64,000 bases of DNA from an uncultured Clostridia bacterium (GTDB taxonomy: Bacteria > Bacillota > Clostridia > TANB77 > CAG-508), in NCBI GenBank assembly GCA_934130355.1, contig CAKOXV010000002.1, positions 4,204 to 68,203 of the forward strand, read 5' to 3'. Below the pieces are notes generated by a model. The model saw nothing but the letters and a program-made list of their open reading frames with translations, did no database searches and was not told the DNA's origin. A program made the translations under genes and the position numbers. Numbering within the stretch: the stretch's first letter is position 1; every line of letters starts with the position of its first letter. Of the stretch, positions 55,243 to 64,000 are shown piece by piece.

Positions 55243-56066
55243 ATGCAAAAAATAAAAAGAGGAGATTGCGTAACTAGAAAAAGTTATGGAAATGATGTAA
55301 TATTTTCTATTAAAAGAATAATAAAATTATCTAACAAAAAGGAAATAGCAATACTAAAAGGAATCTATATAAGAATTGAAGCAGATGCACCAATAGAAGA
55401 TTTACAAATAGTAAATAAGCAAGAACAGGAAAAATATGAAAAAGAGCTTGAAGAAAGAATAATAAATAGAAGCCAAAGAGAAAAAACAAAAAAAGAAAGC
55501 AGAAGAAAAGAAGTTGTATGTACAGGACGTATTTTACATCTTGATGGTGATAAAAAATATAGTGAAAAATCAGTAAATTATTATAGAAAAATGGGGTTAA
55601 ATGCAACTGTTAAGAATATACCAGAAAACAAACAACCTAAAGTAGTTTATAAATTGTTACAAATATATCAACCAGATATACTTATAATAACACGGACATG
55701 ATCGGCATGTTAAAAAACGGTGCAAGATATAATGATATTTTAAATTACAGAAACTCAAGACATTTTATTCAAACTGTAAAAGAAGCAAGAAAATATGATG
55801 AATTACACAATAAAAATTTAGTAATATTTGCGGGAGCATGCCAAAGTTATTTTGAAGCATTAATGGACGCAGGTGCGAATTTTGCTTCATCACCATCCAG
55901 AATTTTAATTGACTTTTTAGACCCTTTGATTGTAGCTAAAAATGTAGCTATAACAGATAAAAACAAGTATATAACTATAGATGATTTTGTGAATGAATTG
56001 AGAGATGGAAAAAAAGGAATTAATGGCATAGGAGCAAGAGGAAAAAGAAATGTAATATTTTTGTAA
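55243..56066 (+). pseudogene. yabG: Sporulation-specific protease YabG, disrupted by two +1 frameshifts about 9 nt apart (or a sequencing artefact)
   Basis: ORF1 ends ...QPDILIIT-RT-stop and ORF2 starts MIGMLKNG. The third frame between them reads GHD, so removing C55693 and C55703 restores ...DILIITGHDGMLKNG..., matching the conserved YabG PDILVITGHD motif. Downstream, VIFAGACQSYFEAL..AGANFASSPSR is intact. Confidence 0.8.
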
Positions 56067-56159
56067 CATAAATGTAATATAAATGTAACGAAACAAAGAT
56101 GAAACCGTCAACCCATTGAAAATAGTGAAATACAAGAAAACGACAAAAAAACAGTTGCT

Positions 56160-56188
56160 TTGACAAAATCACTTATAAATGATATAGT
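56160..56188 (+). promoter_or_regulatory. veg promoter TTGACA-17-TATAGT
   Basis: TTGACA at 56160-56165 and TATAGT at 56183-56188. Confidence 0.6.
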
Positions 56189-56218
56189 AAAATCATCTTA
56201 AGCAAAGTAGGTGATTTA

Positions 56219-56527
56219 ATGATTTGTAGAAATGACATCTCAAACTTAAAAACGGATATTAATGACAAAATCGGACAAAAGATAATTGTTAAAGGTTCAT
56301 TAGGAAGAAGCAAAGAATTTGCAAAAGAAGGTACAATAGAAAAAGCATACTCAAATTTATTTGTAGTAAAATATGAAGATAATGACCGTACAGCGTCATA
56401 CACATACACTGATTTACTTACAAGAACAGTAGAAGTAGATGTATTTAATGGTGAAGAATATAGTCCACTATTACCACCACTAATAGTAGAAAGTAAAAGG
56501 AAAAGAGTAAAAGAGCAACTTGTATAA
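56219..56527 (+). CDS. veg: Veg family protein (biofilm formation stimulator)
   Basis: ...IGQKIIVKGSLGRSKEFAKEGTIEKAYSNLFVVKYED...ASYTYTDLLTRTVEV matches the Veg/DUF1021 pattern. Conserved yabG-veg neighbourhood. Confidence 0.8.
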   Translation: MICRNDISNLKTDINDKIGQKIIVKGSLGRSKEFAKEGTIEKAYSNLFVVKYEDNDRTASYTYTDLLTRTVEVDVFNGEEYSPLLPPLIVESKRKRVKEQLV

Positions 56528-56623
56528 GTTGTTCTTTTTTAGTATCATTTTGAGATTTTTACAAAAAACAATTGAAAATTATATAAAATATAGTATAATA
56601 TGTGAGAAAAGGGAGGGATAACA

Positions 56624-56821
56624 ATAGATAGGATAGAATTAGCCATAAATGTAATTAATTTAAAAATAGCCAATGAGGTAAAACATAATAAAGAAAAATC
56701 ATATACAGATTTTAAAGAAAAAATTACAAAACTTCAAGAAGAAAGAGATCAAATATATAAAGACAATGAAGAAGTAATAAATAAAGTATTAACAGAATAT
56801 TTAAATGAGGTAAAGGAGTAA
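56624..56821 (+). CDS. Candidate 65-aa helical partner (antitoxin-like) of the zeta toxin gene. No canonical start codon in frame.
   Basis: Open frame 56606-56818 ending 2 nt before the zeta ATG. The strong RBS GGGAGGG (56611-56617) is followed 6 nt later by ATA. Translation: IDRIELAINVINLKIANEVKHNKEKSYTDFKEKITKLQEERDQIYKDNEEVINKVLTEYLNEVKE. Confidence 0.3.
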   Translation: MDRIELAINVINLKIANEVKHNKEKSYTDFKEKITKLQEERDQIYKDNEEVINKVLTEYLNEVKE

Positions 56822-56823
56822 AA

Positions 56824-57699
56824 ATGAAAGAGGCAAACAAATATGACTTAACAGAAGAAGAATTTTTTAGATGTTTAAAATTAGCAGAAATGCAGATATT
56901 TATGAGAAGCAAGGAAAATGAAAATCCACAATCTGTTTTTATTGTTTCACAAGCTGGTGGAGGAAAAACAGGATTAAGAAAATTTGTAGAAGGACAGAAG
57001 GAAGAAATATTTATAGAAATAAATCCTGATGAAGTTGCTGTATACCATAAATATTATGATGAGATTCTTAGAGAATTTCCAGGAGAGTCACATGCATTGT
57101 TGCAGAGATTTGTACAACCTGCATTAGACAATTATTTAAGACAAAGGGCTGTACAGTTAAAAAATAATTTAATACAAGAAGGAACCTTTGGAAGTACAGA
57201 AGGATATTTAGAAATATTAGAATATCAAAAAGAACATGGATATGATATAGAAATAGATATATTAGCAGTTGATAGATTCGAAAGTTTGCTATCTTCATAT
57301 GAAAGAGAACAATATTTTATTGAAGCAGGTTTACCACCAAGAGGAGTAGTACCTGAATATCATGATAGAGCATATTACAATTTACTAAAAACAGTAGAAG
57401 AAGTTGAAAAAAGAGGATTATATAACAGGATAAATGTATTTAAAAGAGGAAGTGTTGAGCTACAACCAGAGTTAGTACATACTTCAGGAGATGGAAGATA
57501 TCCAAGTGCTGCAGAATGTATAAGAGAAGCAAGAGCAAGTGATAGAAAAAATATATTGAGAAATCAAGCAAATTACAGAGCAAGGATACAAGCATTAAGA
57601 GATAGGATAAAAACTCAAGTGCAAATTGGTAAATTAGACAGATTAGAAAAAGAATTTAATCTATGTTTAGAGCAAGAAAATCAATTACAACAAGATTAA
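56824..57699 (+). CDS. Zeta toxin family P-loop kinase
   Basis: VFIVSQAGGGKTGLRKF (Walker A), IEINPDEV..YH, NLIQEGTFGS, and GYDIEIDILAV align by pattern to streptococcal zeta (FLLGGQPGSGKTSLRS, VIDNDTF..QH, NLVIEGTGRT, GYETKMYVMAV). Confidence 0.75.
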   Translation: MKEANKYDLTEEEFFRCLKLAEMQIFMRSKENENPQSVFIVSQAGGGKTGLRKFVEGQKEEIFIEINPDEVAVYHKYYDEILREFPGESHALLQRFVQPALDNYLRQRAVQLKNNLIQEGTFGSTEGYLEILEYQKEHGYDIEIDILAVDRFESLLSSYEREQYFIEAGLPPRGVVPEYHDRAYYNLLKTVEEVEKRGLYNRINVFKRGSVELQPELVHTSGDGRYPSAAECIREARASDRKNILRNQANYRARIQALRDRIKTQVQIGKLDRLEKEFNLCLEQENQLQQD

Positions 57700-57714
57700 T
57701 TGAAAGGAGAAAAT

Positions 57715-58593
57715 ATGATAGACTTACATATTCATACAAATTATTCGGATGGAGCAGATAGTATTACAGAGGTATTACAAAAAGCTGAAAAACTAGGATT
57801 GACATATATTTCAATTACAGACCATGATAATTGTAAGGTGTATAAAGAACTTGAAAATATGGACATAAAAAAATACTATACAGGTACAATTATACCGGGA
57901 ATTGAAATAAAATGTAGTTATAAAAAAAGATTAATAGAAATATTAGGATATAAAATTGATACTAATAAATTACAAGATTGGGCAGACGAGTATTATAAAG
58001 ATAAAACTAAGTCAAAATTACAACAAAAGTATTTTAATATACTAGTTGAAAAATGTGAAGAAATGGGACTTAAAATAAGTGAAGAAGCCAAAAATAATTT
58101 TAATCCAGAAAAAGAGTGGGCAAGTCTACATATATATAAAGAACTTGTAAATCATGAGGAAAATAAAAAAATATTACCAGAAGGGGTATTAGATACATTT
58201 GATAATTTCTCTAAAAAATATTGTGGAGATGTTAATAGTAAATTATACATAGATAAAACTGCAGATTATATATCATTAGAAGATGCAATTGAAGTAGTAA
58301 AAAAATGTAATGGGTTAGTATTTTTACCACATTTATTTATATACAAATGGGCAGAAGATAAAGAAAAGTTTATAGATGAAATTTTAGAAAATTATTCAAT
58401 TGATGGAATAGAATGTATGCATAGTGAGTTCAATGATGAACAAATTCAATATCTACTTAAATTAACAAAAGAGAGAAATTATTTTAGAAGTGGAGGAAGC
58501 GATTATCACGGTGTTAATAAAGTAGGCATAGAATTAGGATGCGGAAAAGGAAATTTGCAAATTCCAGAAGAGTTTGTAGAAGAATGGAAGTAG
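57715..58593 (+). CDS. PHP domain phosphoesterase
   Basis: IDLHIHTNYSDG...ISITDHD... and C-terminal GSDYHG. ATG 57715 follows AAAGGAG. Confidence 0.75.
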   Translation: MIDLHIHTNYSDGADSITEVLQKAEKLGLTYISITDHDNCKVYKELENMDIKKYYTGTIIPGIEIKCSYKKRLIEILGYKIDTNKLQDWADEYYKDKTKSKLQQKYFNILVEKCEEMGLKISEEAKNNFNPEKEWASLHIYKELVNHEENKKILPEGVLDTFDNFSKKYCGDVNSKLYIDKTADYISLEDAIEVVKKCNGLVFLPHLFIYKWAEDKEKFIDEILENYSIDGIECMHSEFNDEQIQYLLKLTKERNYFRSGGSDYHGVNKVGIELGCGKGNLQIPEEFVEEWK

Positions 58594-58620
58594 AAATAGT
58601 AATAAAAAGGTGGTGTTAAT

Positions 58621-59460
58621 ATGACAATAAAAGAAATACTATCAAGAGGGATGGTAATTTTAAAAGGAAATAATATAGATAGTCCTAAATTAAAAGCAAG
58701 ATTATTACTACAATATATATTAAAAAAGCCAAGACAGTATTTAATAGTATATGATAATAAAGAAGTTGAAAAAAGGCAACAATGGGAGTATTTCGTTAAT
58801 ATTGACAAATTAACCAAAGGAGTTCCATTACAACATATAACACATCATCAAGAATTTATGAAAATGGACTTTTATGTTGATGAAAATGTATTAATACCAC
58901 GACCTGATACTGAAATATTAGTTGAAGAAGCTATAAAAATAGCCCGAAAAATGAATAAGCCTAAAATATTGGATTTGTGCACAGGAAGCGGAGCTATTGC
59001 AATAGCTATAGCTAAAAATGTGTCAGAAGCTGAAGTCTACGGAGTAGATATTAGTGCTAAGGCATTAGAAGTGGCAAAGAGAAATTCTAAAGAATTAGAT
59101 GCGAAAGTTAAATTTATAAAAAGTAATTTGTTTGAAGAAGTTCAAAAAAAGAAATTTGATATAATAGTTTCAAATCCACCTTATATAAAGAAAAATGATT
59201 TGAAATGTCTTAGCCCAGAAGTTAAAAATGAACCTGAATTGGCACTAGATGGCGGAATTGACGGACTTGATTTTTATAGAAAAATTACTTCAAAGGCAAT
59301 AGAGTACCTTAAATTTGGTAGTTATTTGTGCTTTGAAATCGGTTTTGATCAAAAAGATGAGGTTGTGGATATTATTAATTCCCAAGAGCATTATACTAAT
59401 ACATATTTTAAGAAGGATTTGGGTGGTAATGATAGAGTAGTTGTGACTCAAGTTAATTAA
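58621..59460 (+). CDS. prmC: Peptide chain release factor N5-glutamine methyltransferase
   Basis: DLCTGSGAIAIA SAM motif and the VSNPPYI catalytic motif. Confidence 0.9.
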   Translation: MTIKEILSRGMVILKGNNIDSPKLKARLLLQYILKKPRQYLIVYDNKEVEKRQQWEYFVNIDKLTKGVPLQHITHHQEFMKMDFYVDENVLIPRPDTEILVEEAIKIARKMNKPKILDLCTGSGAIAIAIAKNVSEAEVYGVDISAKALEVAKRNSKELDAKVKFIKSNLFEEVQKKKFDIIVSNPPYIKKNDLKCLSPEVKNEPELALDGGIDGLDFYRKITSKAIEYLKFGSYLCFEIGFDQKDEVVDIINSQEHYTNTYFKKDLGGNDRVVVTQVN

Positions 59461-59505
59461 AGTATGTTTAAATGTATAACTATTTCATAGAGAGGAGAGG
59501 TATGT

Positions 59506-60351
59506 ATGTCGTTTTCTGCTGATTTGAAGGAAGAGTTGAGCAAAACTGAGAGTCTTGCAAATAAAGAAGCTGTTAAGTATGAATTGCTGGGATATTTAAT
59601 AAGTAGCAATATTTCAGAAGAAAAGAACAAAATTAAATTTAGTACAGAGAATGAATATAACATAAATAGATTTTCAAGATTGTTAAATAATATGGAAATA
59701 CATAATTATGATATAACACTACAAGGAAAGCTTTTTGTGATAACTGTAAGCAAAGAAAAAATAAATAATATAGAATATGTTGATAATTTGAACACAGAAC
59801 AGATTAAATGGCTAATTAGAGGGATATATTTAGGAGCAGGTTCAATAAATAATCCTGAAAAGAAATACCATTTGGAAATAGGGCTTAAAGAGAAAAAGAG
59901 CGCAGAAAATATTGTTGAATATCTAAAAATGTTCTCAATAAAAAGCAATATAATTGAAAAAAATGAACAATATGTTGTATATCTAAAAGATAGTGAAGAG
60001 ATTTCAAAATTTTTAGCTTTGCTAGGGGCAAATAAGTCAGTTCTTAGATTTGAAGAAATAAGAGTTCAAAGAGAGATGAATAACAAGATAAATAGAATTG
60101 TGAACTGTGAAACAGCAAATCTAAATAAAACAATAAATGCATCAATAGAACAAATTGAAGCGATAAGAAAACTAAAAGACACTAGAAAATTTGAGAAGAT
60201 GGAAGATCCACTAAAAGAAATAGCAGAATTAAGACTTGAATATCCTAATGCCAGTTTAATAGAATTGGGAAAAATGTTAAAAAAACCTGTTGGAAAATCA
60301 GGAGTAAATTACAGGTTAAGAAAAATAATGGAGATAGCAAATGGAAAATAA
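59506..60351 (+). CDS. whiA: DNA-binding protein WhiA
   Basis: MSFSADLKEEL N-terminus, degenerate LAGLIDADG-like domains, and a C-terminal HTH (...LIELGKML..PVGKSGVNYRLRKI). Confidence 0.85.
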   Translation: MSFSADLKEELSKTESLANKEAVKYELLGYLISSNISEEKNKIKFSTENEYNINRFSRLLNNMEIHNYDITLQGKLFVITVSKEKINNIEYVDNLNTEQIKWLIRGIYLGAGSINNPEKKYHLEIGLKEKKSAENIVEYLKMFSIKSNIIEKNEQYVVYLKDSEEISKFLALLGANKSVLRFEEIRVQREMNNKINRIVNCETANLNKTINASIEQIEAIRKLKDTRKFEKMEDPLKEIAELRLEYPNASLIELGKMLKKPVGKSGVNYRLRKIMEIANGK

Positions 60352-61474
60352 AGAAATGGGAATATATGTACATATTCCATTTTGCAAGAAAAAATGTGAT
60401 TATTGTGATTTTATATCATTTAGTAATAAAAATTCAAAAATGCAGGAATACATTGAGGCCGTATTAAAAGAAATAGAATTACAAAAAATAAAAAAACAAA
60501 TAACAACTATATATATTGGTGGAGGCACACCTTCTTATATAGATAGCAAGTACATAAAAGAAATACTTTGTGAAATATGCAAAAAAAATGTTGCGGATAA
60601 TGCAGAAATAACAATAGAAGTAAATCCAGGAACTGTTACATTAGAAAAATTAAAAGACTATAAAATGACAGGAATAAATAGGTTAAGCATAGGTCTACAG
60701 ACAACCAATGATGAGCTATTAAAACAAATAGGAAGAATACATAATGTAGAACAATTTTTAGAAACTTATAAAATGGCAAGAGAAGTAGGATTTAAAAATA
60801 TTAATGTAGATTTAATGTTAGGACTTCCAAACCAAAGAATAAAGGATTTAAAAGATAGTCTAGAAAAAATTATTCAATTACAGCCTGAACATATATCTGT
60901 ATATTCACTAATAGTAGAAGAAGGAACGCCAATTGCAAATAAAATAGAAAGTGGAGAACTAGAGCTTCCAGAAGAAGAACTAGAAAGAAACATGTATTGG
61001 TATGTTAAAAATACTTTAGAATTAAATGGATATAAACATTATGAAATATCAAACTTTACCAAAAAAGGATTTGAGTCTAAACATAATATGAATTGTTGGA
61101 ATCAAGAAGAGTATGTAGGAATAGGTATTGCTGCACATTCTTATCGAGATATAACTAGATATTCAAATACAGAAAACATGTCAGAATATATTAAAAATGT
61201 TCGAAGCAACAAGTTGGAAAGAAATAGAATAATTCATGAAATACAAAAAGAAGATGACACAAAAAAAGAATATATGCTTTTAGGGTTAAGAAAAATAGAA
61301 GGAATAAGTATAAAAAAATTTAAAGAAAAATTCGGAGATAATCCAATTTATTTATATAGAAATGAGCTAAAAAAATTGTCTGATGAAAATTTGATTAATA
61401 TTGATGAAGACAATATAAGATTAACAAATAAAGGAATAGATTTGGCAAATTTAGTTTGGGAAGAATTTGTTTAA
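60341..61474 (+). CDS. hemW: Radical SAM family heme chaperone HemW
   Basis: YVHIPFCKKKCDYCDF radical SAM motif plus a HemN_C-like tail. Confidence 0.85.
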   Translation: MENKEMGIYVHIPFCKKKCDYCDFISFSNKNSKMQEYIEAVLKEIELQKIKKQITTIYIGGGTPSYIDSKYIKEILCEICKKNVADNAEITIEVNPGTVTLEKLKDYKMTGINRLSIGLQTTNDELLKQIGRIHNVEQFLETYKMAREVGFKNINVDLMLGLPNQRIKDLKDSLEKIIQLQPEHISVYSLIVEEGTPIANKIESGELELPEEELERNMYWYVKNTLELNGYKHYEISNFTKKGFESKHNMNCWNQEEYVGIGIAAHSYRDITRYSNTENMSEYIKNVRSNKLERNRIIHEIQKEDDTKKEYMLLGLRKIEGISIKKFKEKFGDNPIYLYRNELKKLSDENLINIDEDNIRLTNKGIDLANLVWEEFV

Positions 61475-61509
61475 AAATAAAAATGGTAACCTAAGGTAGG
61501 TCGCCATTT

Positions 61510-62295
61510 TTATTTTTCTTGTTCTTCGGAATCAACAGGTCTTTCTTTTTCAATTGGATTAAATATTTTATTAACTTCTTGGTTTAATTCTGGAATCAAA
61601 TCAGATAATCCTAATTTGCTTAAGTCAGTTATTACGGATTCGTTTAGTATGTTAGAAACGGTTGCTTTACTATATCTGTGATCTTTAATGTGTTTTACTA
61701 AAGATGGAATAATAATATTTCTTAAGTCAGAATCCCAAAGCTGATTGTCAGCTCCTATATAAGCTGATATATAAGAATTTAATTCATCAACATCTTCATC
61801 TGTATATGAAAACAATAGCTCTTCTGGAAGAGAAACAAGACTTCTTATAGAAAAAGAAAGCTTTTTTAATCTAGATGCATTTTGTAATTTTGCATATTTT
61901 TCTTCTTCTACATCTATTAATTCATTTAATTTTGATTGGTATTTTACTAAAATATCTATAGCAGAGCTTACTTGGCTAAGCATATAGAAAATAATAGAAT
62001 CTCCTACAAAAGATGAAGAAACAAAGCTTATTTTTTTAGAACCATAGTTTTCAAACCTTTGTGCAAACATAGAAAGTCCAGCATCTTGAAAAATATGCAT
62101 AAATTCTATTAATTTATTATTTAAAGTTATTCCTATATTAGGAAATTCCAATTCTCGTGTTAAATCTAAAGATTTTTCAGAGATTCTGATATTAGATAGA
62201 TATTTACTTTGTGAGATACATAAATGATTTATTTTATCAAATATTGGTTTTTTGTAAGTTGCTCCAAAATTTTCTATTTCATTAGATTCTGACAT
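61510..62295 (-). CDS. Hypothetical protein
   Basis: 261-aa ORF with an AAGGAG RBS. No recognisable motif. Confidence 0.45.
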   Translation of the reverse strand: MSESNEIENFGATYKKPIFDKINHLCISQSKYLSNIRISEKSLDLTRELEFPNIGITLNNKLIEFMHIFQDAGLSMFAQRFENYGSKKISFVSSSFVGDSIIFYMLSQVSSAIDILVKYQSKLNELIDVEEEKYAKLQNASRLKKLSFSIRSLVSLPEELLFSYTDEDVDELNSYISAYIGADNQLWDSDLRNIIIPSLVKHIKDHRYSKATVSNILNESVITDLSKLGLSDLIPELNQEVNKIFNPIEKERPVDSEEQEK

Positions 62296-62493
62296 TTTAT
62301 ACTCCTTTATAATAAAAAACTAGCATAAATTATATCATAAAATTCTTGAAAATTCAAGCAATGATGATGTTTTAAAACATAAGAACATAAAATTTTAAAT
62401 AAAAATATTGAAAATTGGGAATAATATGATAAAATATGGCTAAGCAAAATTAAATTTTGTTATAGCCAAATTGGCAGAAATGGAGGTCTTTCT

Positions 62494-63570
62494 ATGGAAA
62501 GAAAAGTAAAAGTTGTTCAATATGGAGTAGGCAAAATGAGTTTATACACAATGAGATATGTGTATGAAAAAGGAGGAGAAATAGTAGGAGCTGTTGATGT
62601 TAATCCTAATGTAATAGGAAAAGACATTGGCGAAATACTAGGAGCCGAAAATAAAGGTGTAACAGTAACAAGTTTAGAAAATGCAAGAGAAATGATGTCA
62701 AGAGTAAAACCAGACATTGCAATAGTTACAACAATGAGTTTATTTAGTGATGTTGAAGAAGCACTATTATTATGTGCCGAATTAGGAATAAATGCAATTA
62801 CAACATGCGAAGAAGCATTTTATCCAGCTAATTCAAATCCAACAGCTACAAATAAAATAGATGCACTTGCAAAACAAAACAATTGCACAATAACAGGAAG
62901 TGGATATCAAGATATTTATTGGGGACAATTAATTTCTTCAATAGCAGGTTCAACACAAAAAATAACAAAAATAAAAGGAAGTTCAAGTTATAATGTTGAA
63001 GAATACGGAATAGCTTTAGCAAAAGCACATGGCGCAGGATTAACATTAGAAGATTTTGACAAAGAAGTTGCATCTGTTGATAGAATAAGTGATGAAGAAA
63101 GACAAAAACTTATAAACAATGGTGAATATTTACCATCATACATGTGGAATGTAAATGGTTGGTTATGTGAGAAATTAGGTTTAACAGTTAAATCTCAAAC
63201 TCAAAAATGTGTACCACAAACATATAAGGAGGATTTATTCTCTTCAACATTAAATATGACAGTTAAAGCAGGTGATGCAACTGGAATGAGTGCAGTTGTT
63301 ACAACTGAAACAGAAGAAGGAATTACAATAGAGAGTGAATGTATAGGTAAAGTTTATTCAAAAGAAGATTATGACAAAAATGAATGGACAGTTTATGGAG
63401 AGCCAGATACAACAATAGTTGTTGCAAGACCTTCAACAGTTGAATTAACATGTGCATCTGTTGTAAACAGAATTCCAGATGTAATTAATTCAAAACCAGG
63501 ATATGTACCAACATGTGAATTTGGAGAACTTAATTATAAAAGTAGACCTTTAAATGAATATGTAAAATAA
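62494..63570 (+). CDS. NAD(P)-binding DapB-like amine dehydrogenase family protein (2,4-diaminopentanoate dehydrogenase-like)
   Basis: N-terminal VKVVQYGVGKMS Rossmann motif. The size and pattern resemble the amine dehydrogenase/Ord family. This is a family-level call only. Confidence 0.45.
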   Translation: MERKVKVVQYGVGKMSLYTMRYVYEKGGEIVGAVDVNPNVIGKDIGEILGAENKGVTVTSLENAREMMSRVKPDIAIVTTMSLFSDVEEALLLCAELGINAITTCEEAFYPANSNPTATNKIDALAKQNNCTITGSGYQDIYWGQLISSIAGSTQKITKIKGSSSYNVEEYGIALAKAHGAGLTLEDFDKEVASVDRISDEERQKLINNGEYLPSYMWNVNGWLCEKLGLTVKSQTQKCVPQTYKEDLFSSTLNMTVKAGDATGMSAVVTTETEEGITIESECIGKVYSKEDYDKNEWTVYGEPDTTIVVARPSTVELTCASVVNRIPDVINSKPGYVPTCEFGELNYKSRPLNEYVK

Positions 63571-63615
63571 ATAAAGAACAAGGCTTAATGTGAGGCAAAT
63601 CACATTATGCCTTAT

Positions 63616-63639
63616 TTTTATATACTAGGAAAGTCCTCT
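63616..63639. repeat. 24-nt exact repeat of 11652-11675 (TTTTATATACTAGGAAAGTCCTCT); half-palindrome only
   Basis: Identical string. As at 11.65 kb, it follows a terminator hairpin. Confidence 0.85.
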
Positions 63640-63655
63640 TTGCTCTAAAGAAAAA

Positions 63656-63991
63656 TTAATAACCAACATCAGTAATATGAACAAACCTGACTTGGGAAAA
63701 GTTATAGTCACTAATTTTTTTACCAAAAACATCAAAAGTATGTGTAGCAACAGATATATTATTTAGATAGCCACCAGGCAAAATACTAACAATAAATAGA
63801 CTGTGTCCAAAATGTTTTCCATCAAAAGAAAGCTGAGCAATATCTCCAACATCAACATCATCAGAAGTAATTGGTATTCCACGAGGACCATATCCTTTAT
63901 TGTTAATTAAAAAATTATAGAGAAATTCAACACCACTCCAAGATGGAGATTTATCATATCCATTATTATAATACCAACCATTATAATTCAT
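63656..63991 (-). CDS. Putative amidase-domain (NlpC/P60- or CHAP-like) protein. The N-terminus may extend beyond the window.
   Basis: GDIAQLSFDGK.FGHSLFIV is the pattern of putative amidase domain proteins. The ORF start is 9 nt from the window end. Confidence 0.4.
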   Translation of the reverse strand: MNYNGWYYNNGYDKSPSWSGVEFLYNFLINNKGYGPRGIPITSDDVDVGDIAQLSFDGKHFGHSLFIVSILPGGYLNNISVATHTFDVFGKKISDYNFSQVRFVHITDVGY

Positions 63992-64000
63992 TTTTTGGCT

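Overview
Low-GC (roughly 28-30% by eye) chromosome segment from a spore-forming Firmicute of the Clostridia type. Most of it is conserved housekeeping and sporulation genes: scpB, proS, the asp23-amaP operon, nusB, xseA/xseB, fhs, gpr, rpsO, pnp, addA, dapA, asd, ymdB, spoVS, recA, recJ, relA, spoIIP, nth, yabG, veg, prmC, whiA and hemW. I saw no rRNA genes, tRNA genes or CRISPR arrays. Three things stand out. (1) The cotJA-cotJB-cotJC spore-coat operon (minus strand) is interrupted inside cotJB by a 5.3-kb element (about 25921-31219). A large serine recombinase gene sits at one end and a 7-bp AAGGCCA direct repeat marks both junctions. Precise excision would rebuild an 86-aa CotJB ending ...EEPWPWEGGMF, directly abutting the cotJC start. 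This is the architecture of a skin-like, sporulation-excised intervening element. Its cargo is regulatory: a Spo0A-C-domain paralog with a degenerate receiver, an ECF sigma/anti-sigma pair, and a GC-richer secreted-protein cassette bounded by 15-bp inverted repeats. (2) A family of about 360-bp nested imperfect palindromes occurs four times (2.2, 22.0, 41.9 and 46.4 kb), plus a solo 87-bp core at 15.3 kb. The inner arms and their asymmetries are conserved between copies, while several stems differ between copies with fully compensated changes. It is either a structured RNA or a hairpin-forming MITE-like DNA element. (3) Smaller oddities: yabG is broken by two single-C insertions that bracket the conserved GHD codons. 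A zeta-toxin-like kinase has an upstream partner ORF with no canonical start codon. There are GC-rich or cysteine-rich small ORFs below the ORF-track cutoff, an AddA gene with no adjacent addB, and several short palindromic repeat families that show compensatory substitutions.
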